A DNA stretch of 64,000 nucleotides from positions 12,958,001 to 13,022,000 of the forward strand of contig NC_134025.1 of NCBI RefSeq assembly GCF_964204645.1, given 5' to 3'. A program made the translations under genes and the position numbers. The notes beneath the pieces were generated by a model. It saw only the letters and a list, made by a program, of their open reading frames with translations. It was not told where the DNA came from and ran no database searches. The stretch is from Tubulanus polymorphus (taxonomy: Eukaryota; Animalia; Nemertea). Positions 33,495-46,992 of this stretch are shown here, piece after piece. Numbering within the stretch: position 1 is the stretch's first letter; each line of letters starts with the position of its first letter.

Positions 33495-35771
33495 TAAATG
33501 TAGTCAATCTCAAATGCCTACCTAGTTTGGATAGACTTGTGACCTGTTGGATGCCTTAAGCAATGATAGTTTCTCTATATTGTACTCTACATTATGTACT
33601 ACCGTATTTATCATTTCTGATAACAGTACCCGTATAAGAAATCCTTTTTTAAGATGAACAAAATTGGGACTACAGTGGAACCTCGGTACAACAAACTTTG
33701 GCATACTAAAGGGTTGTTTATTTCTTATGTATGCAAGGTTTGGAGTCCTGAGGTTGCATCCAGCATGCAGCAGACTATTGCATTTTGATAAAAAAAACAA
33801 CTAGTGAAAATGTATCAAACTTATTAGTCGAAAAAAGCAATAAAGAAATATTTCTGAAATTTTGACTGTAATGCTACATATGTGTGCAAAAGGAGGGGCA
33901 TGCATTTTCCCTACTAGAGCAGGGTAGGGTGTCCCCCAAGTAAATATTTCAATTAAAACCTATACAGTCAACCCCCGATATAATTTAAATTGCGTTACGG
34001 ACGATGGACCGAGTCATCATCACCAAATAAATCATTTACTTTCAATAGCAAAAGTATGTTCAGAATGCACTTCATTGTGGCCATTTTTCCAAAATTGTCT
34101 GGGAGTGCCCCCTAGACCCCCCTAAATGGCTTCATGCATACAGTGCTCCCCCTAGCCCTACAGTGCTCGTGCTGGAATGGCTTTGCCATCGAATTGCTTT
34201 CAGTTGCCCCACCTTTTCAAAGTGGTCGGGCAACATTTCTCCCTGAGGTTCCACTGATAAATGTGAATGATGAAAAATAGGACAATTTTTTTTCACCTTT
34301 TTGATAATTTTGACCCATATGTTTTGATTCTATTGGCATTGAAATATATCCAGTTTCCCACGGTTGTATTTCCAAAATGGCTGAACAACCTTATGATGCT
34401 TCACACAGCATGAATCGCAAACTGAAGCCAGAGATCTTCATGCAGTAGCTGAAAGATTTGTTACTTAGTCAGAACACCGCCAAATAGTTTTTTGACATTC
34501 ATATAATATTTTGACACATGATCGCTAAAATTTGTAGAACAGCTGCTAGATTTCAATTTTCTTGTTGTCTTGCTAGTTACTTCTACTGTTTTGCCAGTTA
34601 CTTCATAAGATTCTGAGCGATAAAAACTAGAAATATGTATGTACAAGTATATTTATCACCCTGTTCAAATGTATGATAATGAATCCATAGAATGCATCTA
34701 AGAGTACTCAATTATTTCAAAAAACTTCTGTGCTCAATCTTTACACGCAACCAAAAAGTTCCACTATGAAAATGCCTTACTTCAGGCGTTTCCACTAGCC
34801 CCTGCATCTCTAATTCAATTTTCTCTCAACGCAGTTTTTGTTGTCCCAATTTTTTTGGTACACCTGTAATAAATCTTGTCTAATCACAGTAGCATATAAT
34901 TGGACACATTGTGATAGAAATGTATTTCTGCTGGCATTTTGGTAGTTCTAAACTTAAATTCTGCTGAACACACTGGAATCACTAGGTATTTTGACCCATA
35001 TGTTGAAAATCTCATTAAGATTAGATTATCAATCATAATGATTGTGATAATTATTATACCAGTATTATGGTAACGAACTTTATCCATCATCCCAATTAAA
35101 CACAATTGTATGAGTATGATTTATTATTTGATGAGCAGGGCTTAGAATCATTTATGGTCTTTTCAAAAGTAGATTTTATACCGGTATGGAATATGTACTT
35201 TTAGCTTTAGTTGAATAGATCCTATGGCACTTAACTATTTAAAATTATTCATTTATACATACTACCATAGATTTTAATAAATTATATATATTGATAGACA
35301 TTTTAAGATTTTATGGTTGATTTAACAGGTATATTTTTTCTTGTGGAATGTCAGACAAGCATATCCTCCCATAAAGTAAGTTGACAGCATGTAACTACAG
35401 GGAACAGACCAATGAATATTTTTAAAGTTAGACTAAGTAGTCTGGCAGACGCATCAGTCTGTCGGGACATTAAAATTCAGAATTAACATTCAAACACCTG
35501 TGCTGTTCAGCTCTGTCTATTGGAGGACTTACATAGTGCATTAAAGGTAGATATGGTTTGTCAAATCTAAACTGAAATTTTGAAAGATTAAAATTACAAA
35601 CATACCTCTTGATTTCTCACGTGAAAAGGTATTGTAGTACCACAGTACTGGTATCTTTTACACGCTGATGCTATTGGGATACAGGTGTGTTTAATGAATT
35701 GAAATCTGTAAAATTGTCTGCATTTATATGATATCTATATACGGTACAGGACCACATTAAAATCCACAAGG

Positions 35772-35942
35772 ATGACTATGCTGCAAGTGGATCAATGCTA
35801 TTACGAGACATTTCTTTTGGAATTAACTGTCGAAAGGAACCGTTCTGTGGAGCTATTCCCTTGTTTTTTCGAAGCCTATCATGCTCTGCAGACCGAGGCT
35901 GCAAAACATCGAAATGCAGTGAAAATTGAATACATATTCAAG
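35772..35942 (+). CDS. CatC-like gene exon 1
   Basis: MTMLQVDQ...AVKIEYIFK|GTGATT. Confidence 0.72.
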
Positions 35943-38648
35943 GTGATTTCACGATTCCATATTTTCATTGTTTACACGTACTCCACAAGCAGTCTATGAA
36001 TTGAACTTCAGTGAATATTTGCTTTCTAATGTACATTTCAGGTGACAGCTGAAGAAAAAGTTCTTGTCGGTAAGTTGCATTTTTGTACAAACTAATAGGT
36101 TCATCGAAAGGAGAAAAGTAATGGAAAAGATGATGATTTCTAAATCCTTTCATTCCCATTCCATTTGATAAAGAATTTTTTCTGATTGCAGTAATTGTGC
36201 GTGATTATGAAGATAGTTCAACCATAAAGTGACTTAAACTATGAAGTGATATTGGTTATCAGATTGTTTTCTATTGTTTAATGCTGACTAGCGTCGAGAT
36301 CATAAGATCATGTGAAATTTGTCCACAATGCAACCCGGGTCACATTTACCTCTTGTCTGTGACCGTGGGCTAACCTTCATTATATGATAACACGCTTCTC
36401 TCCTAAATTGCGCTGTAGCCATTTCATTCAAATCAATCGACCGTGTGAGAAACTTATAGAAATGATAACAAAGCTTGTCCCCGGGGAGAGGCAGGCTTCT
36501 TTACGCGATAAGTTTTATCATTTTAGTCGAGCTTTTTGTGGTATAAAAGGCTGCGAATACAAATGGGTATTGGAGGGTAGCCTAATCTCAGTGTAATTCA
36601 GTCAATTGATAAGTCTAAGTTTCCGTGCAAGCTGGCGGCGGGGCTATCGATAACTGTTTGAGAAGATTGCCGAACCAAGCTACTACTAGATAAATGATAT
36701 TACAATGAATAACTGGCATTTTGCTTAGTGTCACAAGATCGAGATAGATTGACTGGCAAAGAATAGAATTCTCCAGGTAATTGAACAAACACCGCAGCAG
36801 ACGTTTTTGTCATATTGATATCATTTGACTGTCATTTATTTGCCATTTAGCAATTTTTCTGATGGAGAATCCATGCTTTGCGCAGGTTTTGTGTCGATCT
36901 TTTCTCGTGACTGCCTTATGAGAATAGCAATATTCTAGCAAAAAGAGTTATTATCTGGGTATCACCAAGTCACCATTTTTAGCACAAAGGAATGAGTTGA
37001 AGTATTTTTCGTATTTTCATATCACTACTCAGTTCACCCTTGGAGTAATTCAAACTAAAATATGCCATCCCTCACTCAAGTCTACTAGAGTCGACAATTC
37101 TAAAAAATAGCCCTACTTTTCATCTGAATACTGGTTCATTCAATGCTAGGTCTACAAACAAACCTTTTCTTGGTGGATGCGGCAATGTGCTGTGGCTAAT
37201 AACAGAATTGCTCAGCACACGTTGGGGTCCAATTTTAAAAGTAGATCAAGAACATAGCATAGGCATCATATAAGTTTTGTTTAAATTCTGATCACTAAGA
37301 ATAATCACTCTTAGATTTTAGTAAGAATTTTGTATATGTTTTCTTTTCTAGTCGTAAAAGTCTTGGAAGTCAATATTGTTGAGGCATTGATTGACGCAAT
37401 AGGTCAAGCACTCCGTGGTGGCATCACATTTTCTGTGAAATGTGTGCCTCTTCGAGGATATGATGGGTTTGCCCATGATGTCCTTGGTCTCGAGCAAACT
37501 GTTGTAGAAAATGGACAACAACAATTATCTGGTGATCATCTTTACTGGTGGGAATTCAGTATAGAATTTAAAGGTATTTCTCTAACAGTGTCTATCATAT
37601 GTCATAAGAAATCTTCCAGTCACTGATGATTACTGTATGTCAGTGTCCCAGCATACAGTTTCATGCGAAAGGTCAGAAAAGCTTTGTGAGGAGAAATTCT
37701 GAGATGTCTGACATAATAAAGTACTTACCATTGAATAACTACATGTAGTTATATATACAACAAACATAGTTATATGAAATTTATACAACTAGCTGTGTAA
37801 CAGTGTTCAAAATGATAACTTCATGTTAACTGCGCTAGCTCTGGTTAGTGCTACCATCTACTTGTAGCTCTGGTTAGTGCTACCATCTACTTGTATGTGC
37901 TTGAACTATTATTCAATGTGTAACTCACTTTTATAGATATGTCGTTTGAAAATTTTGTGGCGAATTGGAAAGAAGAAGCTGCAGCTGAGCTGGGTCTAAC
38001 ATCCAGCATGGAACTGAATATGGATGTTTATAAAGTTGTAGCCGAACGAAAGGTACAAACAAGCCTTTCTAGTACTTCAAAATCAAATACCCTTAAGATA
38101 AAAATAAATTGATCGATTTGTCAAATATATTCAGTTACATTTTGACCTAATCACTATGAGCCAGTTTTTTAAATGACCCGTTGGGTTGAAATGTTACCGA
38201 ATGGACAGTAGAACTCACAATTCGGATGACTAGGGACTGCCCAGATTTCTTTAAATTAAAATCTGAATTATGAATAATAGTTTACATGGTTCCAGGTTAA
38301 ATCGACCAAATATTTCATCCGAATCAAATGAAAATCTGGATTGGAAAATCCAAATAGAGTTCTACTGTATAACATCTATGTACCATTTAAAAAAAAACAT
38401 TTTTAAACGTTGCTGTTGAAATAAACTTTATTGAAACTTAGGTGCACTGTTTCATCAATACACCAAATCAAGAGGAACTCGACTTGATGACATTTCAACT
38501 TCCGATCATGAAATCAATGGGCAACCAAGTGCAGATACATTGCAAGTCGATCCAACATTTTAGCGACTTTCTGAATGAAAATTACTACGAAAAAACTTTG
38601 TTGAAAAGATTTTTGCATTGGTGTCATCATTTCAAAGGATCTTGGTGA
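35772..38648 (+). CDS. Five-exon gene, 247 aa, tandem muconolactone delta-isomerase (CatC)-like dimeric alpha+beta barrel protein
   Basis: Exons 35772-35942, 36042-36069, 37352-37573, 37937-38052 and 38442-38648, all GT-AG and in phase (744 nt); internal repeat YIFKVTAEEKVLVVV / DVYKVVAERKVHCFI. Family call is by recalled pattern. The start could lie further upstream (acceptor at 35749). Confidence 0.8.
36042..36069 (+). CDS. CatC-like gene exon 2 (28-nt microexon)
   Basis: Branch point CTAAT, TTTCAG acceptor, GTAAGT donor; VTAEEKVLV. Confidence 0.75.
37352..37573 (+). CDS. CatC-like gene exon 3
   Basis: VKVLEV...VKCVPLRGYDGFAHDVLG...HLYWWEFSIEFK; strong pyrimidine tract. Confidence 0.82.
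37836..37895. repeat. Perfect 29-bp tandem duplication
   Basis: TAGCTCTGGTTAGTGCTACCATCTACTTG x2. Confidence 0.95.
37937..38052 (+). CDS. CatC-like gene exon 4
   Basis: DMSFENFVANWKEEAAAELG...DVYKVVAERK; not in the ORF track. Confidence 0.82.
38206..38369. mobile_element. pogo/Tigger-like MITE
   Basis: CAGTAGAACTC ... GAGTTCTACTG|TA. Confidence 0.6.
38442..38648 (+). CDS. CatC-like gene exon 5
   Basis: VHCFINTPNQEELDLMTFQLPIMKSMGNQVQIHCKSIQHFSDF...W*. Confidence 0.82.
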   Translation: MHCFINTPNQEELDLMTFQLPIMKSMGNQVQIHCKSIQHFSDFLNENYYEKTLLKRFLHWCHHFKGSW

Positions 38649-41600
38649 TCTGGCACTTTTATTTAACAATGAATTGATTGTTAGACATAAGCTGTATCGT
38701 TTAAGTAATTAGTGGTAATTATAGCCATGACTACACAATATTTGATAATCTTATAATCCCATATAGCAATGATAAATCTATTTAAACAAACAGAAATATA
38801 ATAACAGGGTCATTGTCATTTTATATGCTTCGTTCGCACTGCTGAAAATAAACTGGATCCTTCGTATTTTTACTCTTGTTGCCTTTTGCTGATTGATCTT
38901 TGTTGTTTTGGAATATCAGAGATCAGCATAAGTCTAACTTGATACAGTTTCAACTAGATCAGATTGATGTACATATATTGGGGCAAATACGTATAATGTC
39001 TACCATATTTCATTTTTAATGCTCAGCCGTATGTGGCCATAACTATCAATTTTCGTACCGGTAATGAGTAATTATACAAAATTGTGGGATTTCTCGTGAT
39101 TCAACCTGATTTCAAGACACTTTTTGCCAAGACTTCAATACAGTGTAAAATCGATTAAAAATCAACATTGTCTATTCAGCTGCCTATCCATTTTAGCAGT
39201 TAAAAACCTATTTCAGGTACTCCCAAAATTGACAAAAGGGTCATGGCAATTTGAAATCAAATCAGTATTACTGTAACGATAGGCCCAGTTTAGTATCCTA
39301 ATAGACACATAGCAGGGCATAGGTCAGGGTAGTATAGATGAGTATCATAAATCATACTCCTATTCTAGATCATGTAATTTATCTATGTATTATTGAGAAA
39401 TTTTGCCCAAGATATGGCTAAAGCTGGGGGCACACTTCTGTCAAAGCTGCCACAACAAGTCTGCTAGTGTCAAAGTCGCCTCGTGTGGGTGAAATCTTCA
39501 GGCGTACTTGACGCTTGCAGCTATGACACCAATATCTAACATGTTTGATATTTTTGTCGCAATGTGACAAGTGCGCCAAGTGTGCGCCTAATCCAGCGTC
39601 GTTGCTGCTGGTTTTAGTCGGATTGAAACGATGGATTAATTATGTGACCTACAATAATGGCAGGTGCAGTACACGAAGCCGCCTAGTTGTTGCTAGTGTG
39701 GGGGAAACAGTTTTCGACATCATTGTGGCTGATTATTGCCATGGCGGACATGTTGTGGTGGCTGTGACGCTGGTGTGCAGCCTAATGACAAAATGTAGGA
39801 AATCAGGTGTTACCCTAGAAAATTTTCACAGGGATCATTCATTTATAACGGGCATATAAAGAGGATTGGAGAGTCAGTTCAAATGTGTACTGATGTGTAA
39901 AGGGGAGAGGGTTTAAGAGGTGATTGTACGTACATGTACATACACTAAAATGTAACACCTACCAATCTCCTATTTGTTGTCCTCTAACGTCCTCTAACGA
40001 GTGATGGTGTTCATCATTGCATGATAGCTCTTCATAAAAAATGATATTTGGTTAGTGATTAGAACTGGGTTTAAGATGAAACAATACTGAACAACGACCA
40101 TAGATTTGTGACTTAAATATATTTTCGGAATTGAATCCCTGAGATTCAGTAGAGAGACAGTATGTATGCAAGGCGAGGGAGTACTGAAACAAGAAAGCTA
40201 GTGCACCAGCGGGAGGGGTTTGGTAAAAAGATAGAGATTTTATGGGTACCTAATGAAAAATTTAATGTTGTAAAGGTGGCAGTGACAACAACTGACTGAC
40301 AGTTTATTGATAAATTTTCCTTCGTTATTAATTTGCAAAATTCATACTGTTAGAGTGATAATCTATTTTTTACGGATTACATCATGACACGTGTGTCAGG
40401 AAATCCAAGATGACATTTGACAAGGGACAATGATCGTCACAGTCATCAATTTGCTCTCCATTAATAAACGATGAAATCATAGTCTATTGTCACTGTGCGC
40501 AAACCGTAACAGTTTCTTAAAAGATCAAATCCTAATAAATAAATGCTGTGCTTGATTAATTCACTGTTAAAAAATCTCTTTTGATTGATCATTGAAAGTT
40601 GTTGTAAAAATTAATCAAGCATAGACTTGAGTTATACGTTGAAAGATTGTCTTGGCGTATGGTCATAGTGACTTATGCTGGCATGGCTACTTGGACCTAG
40701 TAGTCCAGTTTCTATTCTCTGCAAAATGTCATGTTTTGTAAACTTTTTGGAGGTATTTTAGATTTATTGATAAGTAAGGCTTCGGATGTTTCATTAATCT
40801 GAGAATATGCTTCAAACTTAAGCCATTAATCCCGTGCCACACACAGATGATTAGCACAGTCTCAGCTGTATTAATCCTGTCCGCCGTCTGCAGAAGCATT
40901 TGTTTTGAAGGTCAGCCGCCGTCTTGGCTGTTCGATGGCAGCCAACGGGTCGTCTTAATTACAGAAAACATGAAAAGAATCTTACAAGGCTCTCGTAGTG
41001 GTTTCTAAACCTCAAAATTAATGAAGTTACCTTATTTGCATATAAAACTCATTGTTTCTAGCGCTAACAAGGTCGTTAAGAACGAAATCAGCTTTAGCTT
41101 AGTGTACTGGCATTTGTATCTTGTATACCGACAATTTGTCATATGTCATATTAACACAGATTAGAGGCGAACTGATTACCAAGCGCAGTAGATTTCTTGC
41201 TTCATCCCGACTGACTATGCTGTTGAAAACTTGAAAACATGCCATGTCGGTTTGAGGTTGTTGCAATGGCAATAGGGTGATTCTCCAGGGGGGCACCCTA
41301 ATGTCATTAGTCTTCTCATAAGAAATTATACAGTGCGATTTGTCTCCATCATGTTCGGTTCCTTTTCATCCTTTGTCATTAGAACGCGAGTTTTCCTGTC
41401 GTTTGTCAATAATCAATGAAGACTTGTCACAGGGACCATTCGGAAACCCTGTCGATTGTAGATGACCAACTCCTCGTGTCAAATTTAATACCCTGGAGTT
41501 TGCGGTTTGATAAATTATCAAACCTTCCTTTCAGAGATCTCATTGTGAGTTTCCTACTCTATGATCAGTGTGATGAACCTAACCCATGCCTCAGCTGAAT

Positions 41601-44600
41601 TTAGATTAGTTTTTCAAAAACTTTTCTGAAAATGGGATTAGCATGGAAATCATCAAGTCATTTTTCTATCCATACCCTTTCAATGTGTATTTTTTTTCCA
41701 TCTGCGACAATGTCATTAAAAGTGTCACCTCAAGTCTCTCGCTAATCTACTTGATAAGTTTTGTTTAGTACAGTATTCATGCAACTGAAAATGAATACAC
41801 AGGCATTTCTGAAATTCAAATTATTATATAGCTGGAATATAGCTTATTTCTGGGTGGTACGTGTTATTTCCTGTTTATTAAAAATGTATGTTTTGTGTTG
41901 GGGAAATTGTTTTACTAAGTTGCTATTTTGTAGTTATTGATGGCAATAAATAATTCTTACGTATAATACATTATTCACGATTTGATGTGATAAATAATTT
42001 TTCAGAGGTCTCCAACGAACTTTTATGGCCAGATAATGCATAGATCAAAATGATGTTCAATTTACTCCCTATAAGAACGTCTGACAATTTAAACGACACA
42101 TGATTTATAATCGCAAAAAGCCTTGGGAATGGTGCTATTGTGACAATATCATTTGATTGTTGCTGTTCCAAATCTATGACCTCATTATAAATACTAGTTT
42201 TTAATGATAATAACAGTTGGGTAACAAGACAAATACTGTTTTAAACGTGACTATTTGATGTGCCTAAACTAAAACTATACATCTACAATGTATTCATTTT
42301 AGCAAAAATGAATGAAGAAATTCACGGTACTTCTTAGTTCATCGTGTATATACTTGATAAAGGCTGTGTTCAATATCGAATATACATTTTGTATCATATT
42401 TTCATTCTTTTGTACTTTATATTTTGAAATTCACCGATTATCTGGTTATTGATAGTTTAGGTTACCTTCTCCATGATCGCAGATGTCTAATGAAGATGGG
42501 TGTGAAAAGTCCTATTACAATGCCGAACTTCAGGAGACCAGAAAATATGTTAGTTATAACTGGTACAGTTGAACCGCACTATAACTTCACAGGACCAGAA
42601 AATATAATCGTTATATCCAGTATGAAATTAATCAAATTGTCTTACTTGGGATGAATTTCTATATTTGTTTTATATGATGAATGTCGTATCTGAATTTGTT
42701 ATAACGAGCACTGTAGTTTGTTAGATATGGGGTGAAATTAATCAAAGTCTTGATGAAATTCTAGATTTGTTATCAGTTGGTGATAACAAGGTTTCTGCTC
42801 TTTAATATCTTGGGAAGAAAGATCAACAGGGGCAGATGCCCGTTGTCTAAACAGTCGTTTTGGTTTAGAGGGCACTTAATAAAAAATACTACAACTCCAG
42901 CATCCCCGGAGGATGTGGTTGAAGGCCACATAATGAGACGTGATGCCCCTCATGCTAGAGTCCAAATGGCCTGTGTTACTTTGTGATGTAGGCCAGGGAG
43001 GCAATTTTTTTTTCATTTCCTATGCCTAGATGCAATTTGATTTTTCTCCTACAACTTCAATTGGTCATCAAACTGGAGAGAGTCAGTTTCAATACGCACT
43101 AAGAACAGCTCCTTCGAATGCTGAAATGTTGCAATATATAAAAAAAGAGACCACCATCTCTAGTTGGTTTAGATATCAATTAAGTCGCCAACATAAGACA
43201 AAACCTCATTTTAAATGACTGAACAACAGTTATTTTTATTCTCATTTAGTACAGTAGTAATTTACAATCTGATGAATCTGGTTTTACAGCTCTGTGGAAC
43301 CACTTCAGAAATCTAATATTTTCTCTAATAAAACATTTTTATTTAGACTATGATACAATATGTCACTGATCAGCAGTGTCTTTTTAAATATAACAGCGCC
43401 CTCTGCAGGCCTACGCAAGTAGATCCATCAAATCTATCTCGATGGTGCATCCATTGAACTGGAATTGTAAGATAAGTTTCTTCCATTTTGGGAGAAAATC
43501 ATCGGTTACATTCTGAATTGGATGCAAGTTTATTTGAACCAGTTTTCAATTCACTCTGAATGCAAATGAAATGAGTTTTTCAGAGCCAGTTGATAATTAC
43601 AAAAATACAACAATACTCTGACTTCATAACAAAGTCTTAGTAGTCGGAATACTAGTATAAACAATATACACCGATCATAGGATTTGTCATACAAATAACC
43701 AATAATGAATAGCTTTTCATCATTATGCTATTCATTTAACTGACTCTGGTTTACCTTCGCACACGAATGAAAAACATCTCGACTCACAGAAAAGTTAGTA
43801 AGTAGTGTGAAGAGAAATACCGTAAAATGATATCTTTATGGCGCGACCATAACATACAAAAATTCACTTTTTTGCCATGTCACTAAAATAATACTTTGTA
43901 TCAAAATGCTACGAAGTGTTCCTTTTCGAAAAGTTAAGCATATCGTACGAGGGAACGAATATAAATGAAATCTTCAATTACAGTTCTGGATAAGGATTTT
44001 TCAATTATCTAGACACCTCTCTATCATTTGCTCCCATACAACTAATTTTACTCTGAACAAAAATTTTGTAATAACTCGTCAATATTCATTAGATGGGATT
44101 ACAGATTGAACAAACTGAATTAATGTTGCTCAAAATTGCCACTATTTTTTGCAGACCAATTGTAATCATCAATATCTGTGTTTATCTAATCTCGTGATGG
44201 CTCAAGCGAAGGTGAAACTTCTTCTCGGAATTCAACGGGAGTAGATATGACACGCATGTAACATGCACAAAAAATACTGAGTTGACAACAAGAAACACCC
44301 ACCATTTGCCGGTTCAGTGACTAATCACAGATCCCTTCTTCATAAACGTTAAAAATAAAATCTTATGTATATTACACGTTATCATTTTTTTACCAATATT
44401 ATCATTATTATAGCTAATACTGAATATATATTAATCTATGCAGCCGAGTGAACTCGAACTGCGCACAAAATAAATTAGTATTATTCATTTTTTGTGTTGG
44501 GAATGATGCTTCGATGACCATTTCTCAGAACAAACTCTTATGTACATTCATTATTGTACATGTGATGGGTGTCCACGGACAGTCCATCCAATTAAGTAAA

Positions 44601-46738
44601 TATGTCGATGATGAGGTAATTATACGAAATAAGGTCCCAGAGATTTGTCAACCATCTGCGTGCGCACACAGAAATGACATGATGTGGCCCCACTTGGAGA
44701 TTACCCATGTACCTTAAACAATAGCAGATCATTTTTGTACACAAAGTGGAGACACATGCAGATGCGTGGTGGAGATAACTTCTTTTAAGGACCAAAATGT
44801 CATGAATTTTATTTACTTATATTATTCCATTCTTTAAACAAAAAAATTTACTAGATCGCAATCTATTTTCATAGAGCAGATGTAGAAAATAAATTCACCT
44901 GACCCAAGTGTGTATTTTCCCCTTTAAGATCAGAACCAGTTTCAAGGTTGGCATCATAATATCAATTATATGTATGATCCAACTGACTACGGCTGGTTTT
45001 GGTTTTCAAACCATGGGTAGGTACATTTAGGTACATCATAAATTGAAAAATTTCATACATAAAATGCATACCCTAGATTTTGTATTCAGTTACCAGCATA
45101 TATTTACAAGATTATATAATCTATGAATGAAGAAATGACAAAATTTCGCCTGCCAAATATCCAAGCATTGTCGATATACATTACAATCAGTACGCTAATG
45201 TCCATGTGAAAGTCAGTTTTAAATCTTGAAGATATTACCTAATCACAATGCCCAGTCACAATACAGGCTGCATTGAAACAATCCATGGACTGAAAAGGTT
45301 CCATAAAATTTGATAAGAATCCTGTGTAGACAAAGCTATATTATGAATAAAATCATTTAAAAATCTCAAATAATGCCACTAATTTGTGTTGTCGGGGTAT
45401 GCCAAAAAAGGATGTATTTAATCGAAAGTATTTTCGACAAGCGACCATTAAAATGAGTACTAAAAATATATCTTTTTTCATTCATTTTGATTATAAAAGC
45501 ACACTTGATATTACAAACATAAAACGCTATATGCTATTTTGAAAATCATAGAGACCAGGAGGCTGTTTTACATCGTATCCATTCATCATTAAAATTTGCC
45601 CAATAAATAAATACCAGATCACACAAATGATTTCACAATTAAAAGGTAATCGTAGTTACTGAGTTATATTTATCTATACACCATTCCAGAGACAATATAA
45701 AAAGTGAGCAACGCAAAGAAAGTGAAAATGAGCAAGTAATTATCAGTTTTTTGCCTCCTATTGACAAAATAAAATCAAACTCCCATCACTCGTACACAGA
45801 AATAATAATAAAGTACCGGTACATAATAATATGCAATATTAAATGAGTTTTTTCTCTAGTTGGCACTTGAATATCTAATTATCAGACATCAGCAAACTTT
45901 TTTAAAATGGTGTTGTTTAATTAAGGTTTAAAGGCATAGATTCTAACATTTATTCTGCGATGAGAACCACCCAAATGAAAATTGCTGACAACTGACTGCC
46001 TTTTAGGCAATATTTTCAATATAGATCTATAAAATATAAAAGAATCGTAACCCTGTAATCCTTGTTTATGACGCAGAATGAAATTTTTTCACGATATTCA
46101 TCGTCTCTTAAGAAAAAATCACACTTCCTGGTATATTATTCAATTCCAGAATCTTCAAATCCATGTTGGCTAGAACTGTTTAAAAAGTCGAGCACATTTA
46201 ATGTGCTGTTTAGATAAAACAGAGGGGTCATAAACAAACTAAGCGCATATGCACAGCTTTAGGGGTATTGAGGGTAAACAGGGGCCAAACTGAATTGCTA
46301 CTGCTGGGGTATAGTTAAGGGCTGTACTCCAATATACTGTCACAAAATTGAGTAGTCCATGACAGTTATATGTACCGCACACAACCTAGCTTTTTCCTGC
46401 TTGCAAAATATACATATACAAGGCCTAAGGTTTATTTTACACACTCCATTGACTAGGATTTTTATGTCATTCGTCAGTTACAACCTACATCTCTTGTCGA
46501 CAGTGACGACATGGTCATTCAGTTAAGTTGAGACTTTCCTCTGGGAGTTCAATCCCACATTTGCAGTCATTCCTCGCCAGAATCAGATCCGAGGGATATT
46601 CCACTCATGTTACATGTTTCGTATCCACACTACTAGCTGACTGAAGCCACTACAATGCCCACTTTGACATCAGTGGCATTGAATTTGTTGTTGTTGATTT
46701 TTATAGTTATTGCTTAGTTGCCTATACATTTTTTGTCA

Positions 46739-46992
46739 TTAGCCGGCGTGAATATCTTGTAAAGACTGTCCCATTGTATCTACACCGTGGTGTAAGGGTG
46801 GGCTTTGGGTGGACTGGAGACCCATATGTCCATGATGCCCCATGTGGCCACCGTGGGCCATCATCATATGGTGCGGATGCCCCGGGATGAGCATGGCTTG
46901 TGAGTGTACAGGTGGACGTAGTTGCTGCATCTGAGAATAGGAATTTGTGGGTGGAGCACCATACATTTCAGCACCTGGCATACCTTGTAACC
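46739..46992 (-). CDS. MEIS: Meis last coding exon (C-terminal activation region)
   Basis: GLQGMPG...HMMMAHGG...QDIHAG*, like the vertebrate DIHAQ-type C-terminus. Confidence 0.9.

Noticed and set aside
45858-45868. miR-96-type seed match (GTGCCAA) in the presumed Meis 3' UTR
   Set aside because: A single 7-mer is expected by chance, and the UTR extent is unknown.
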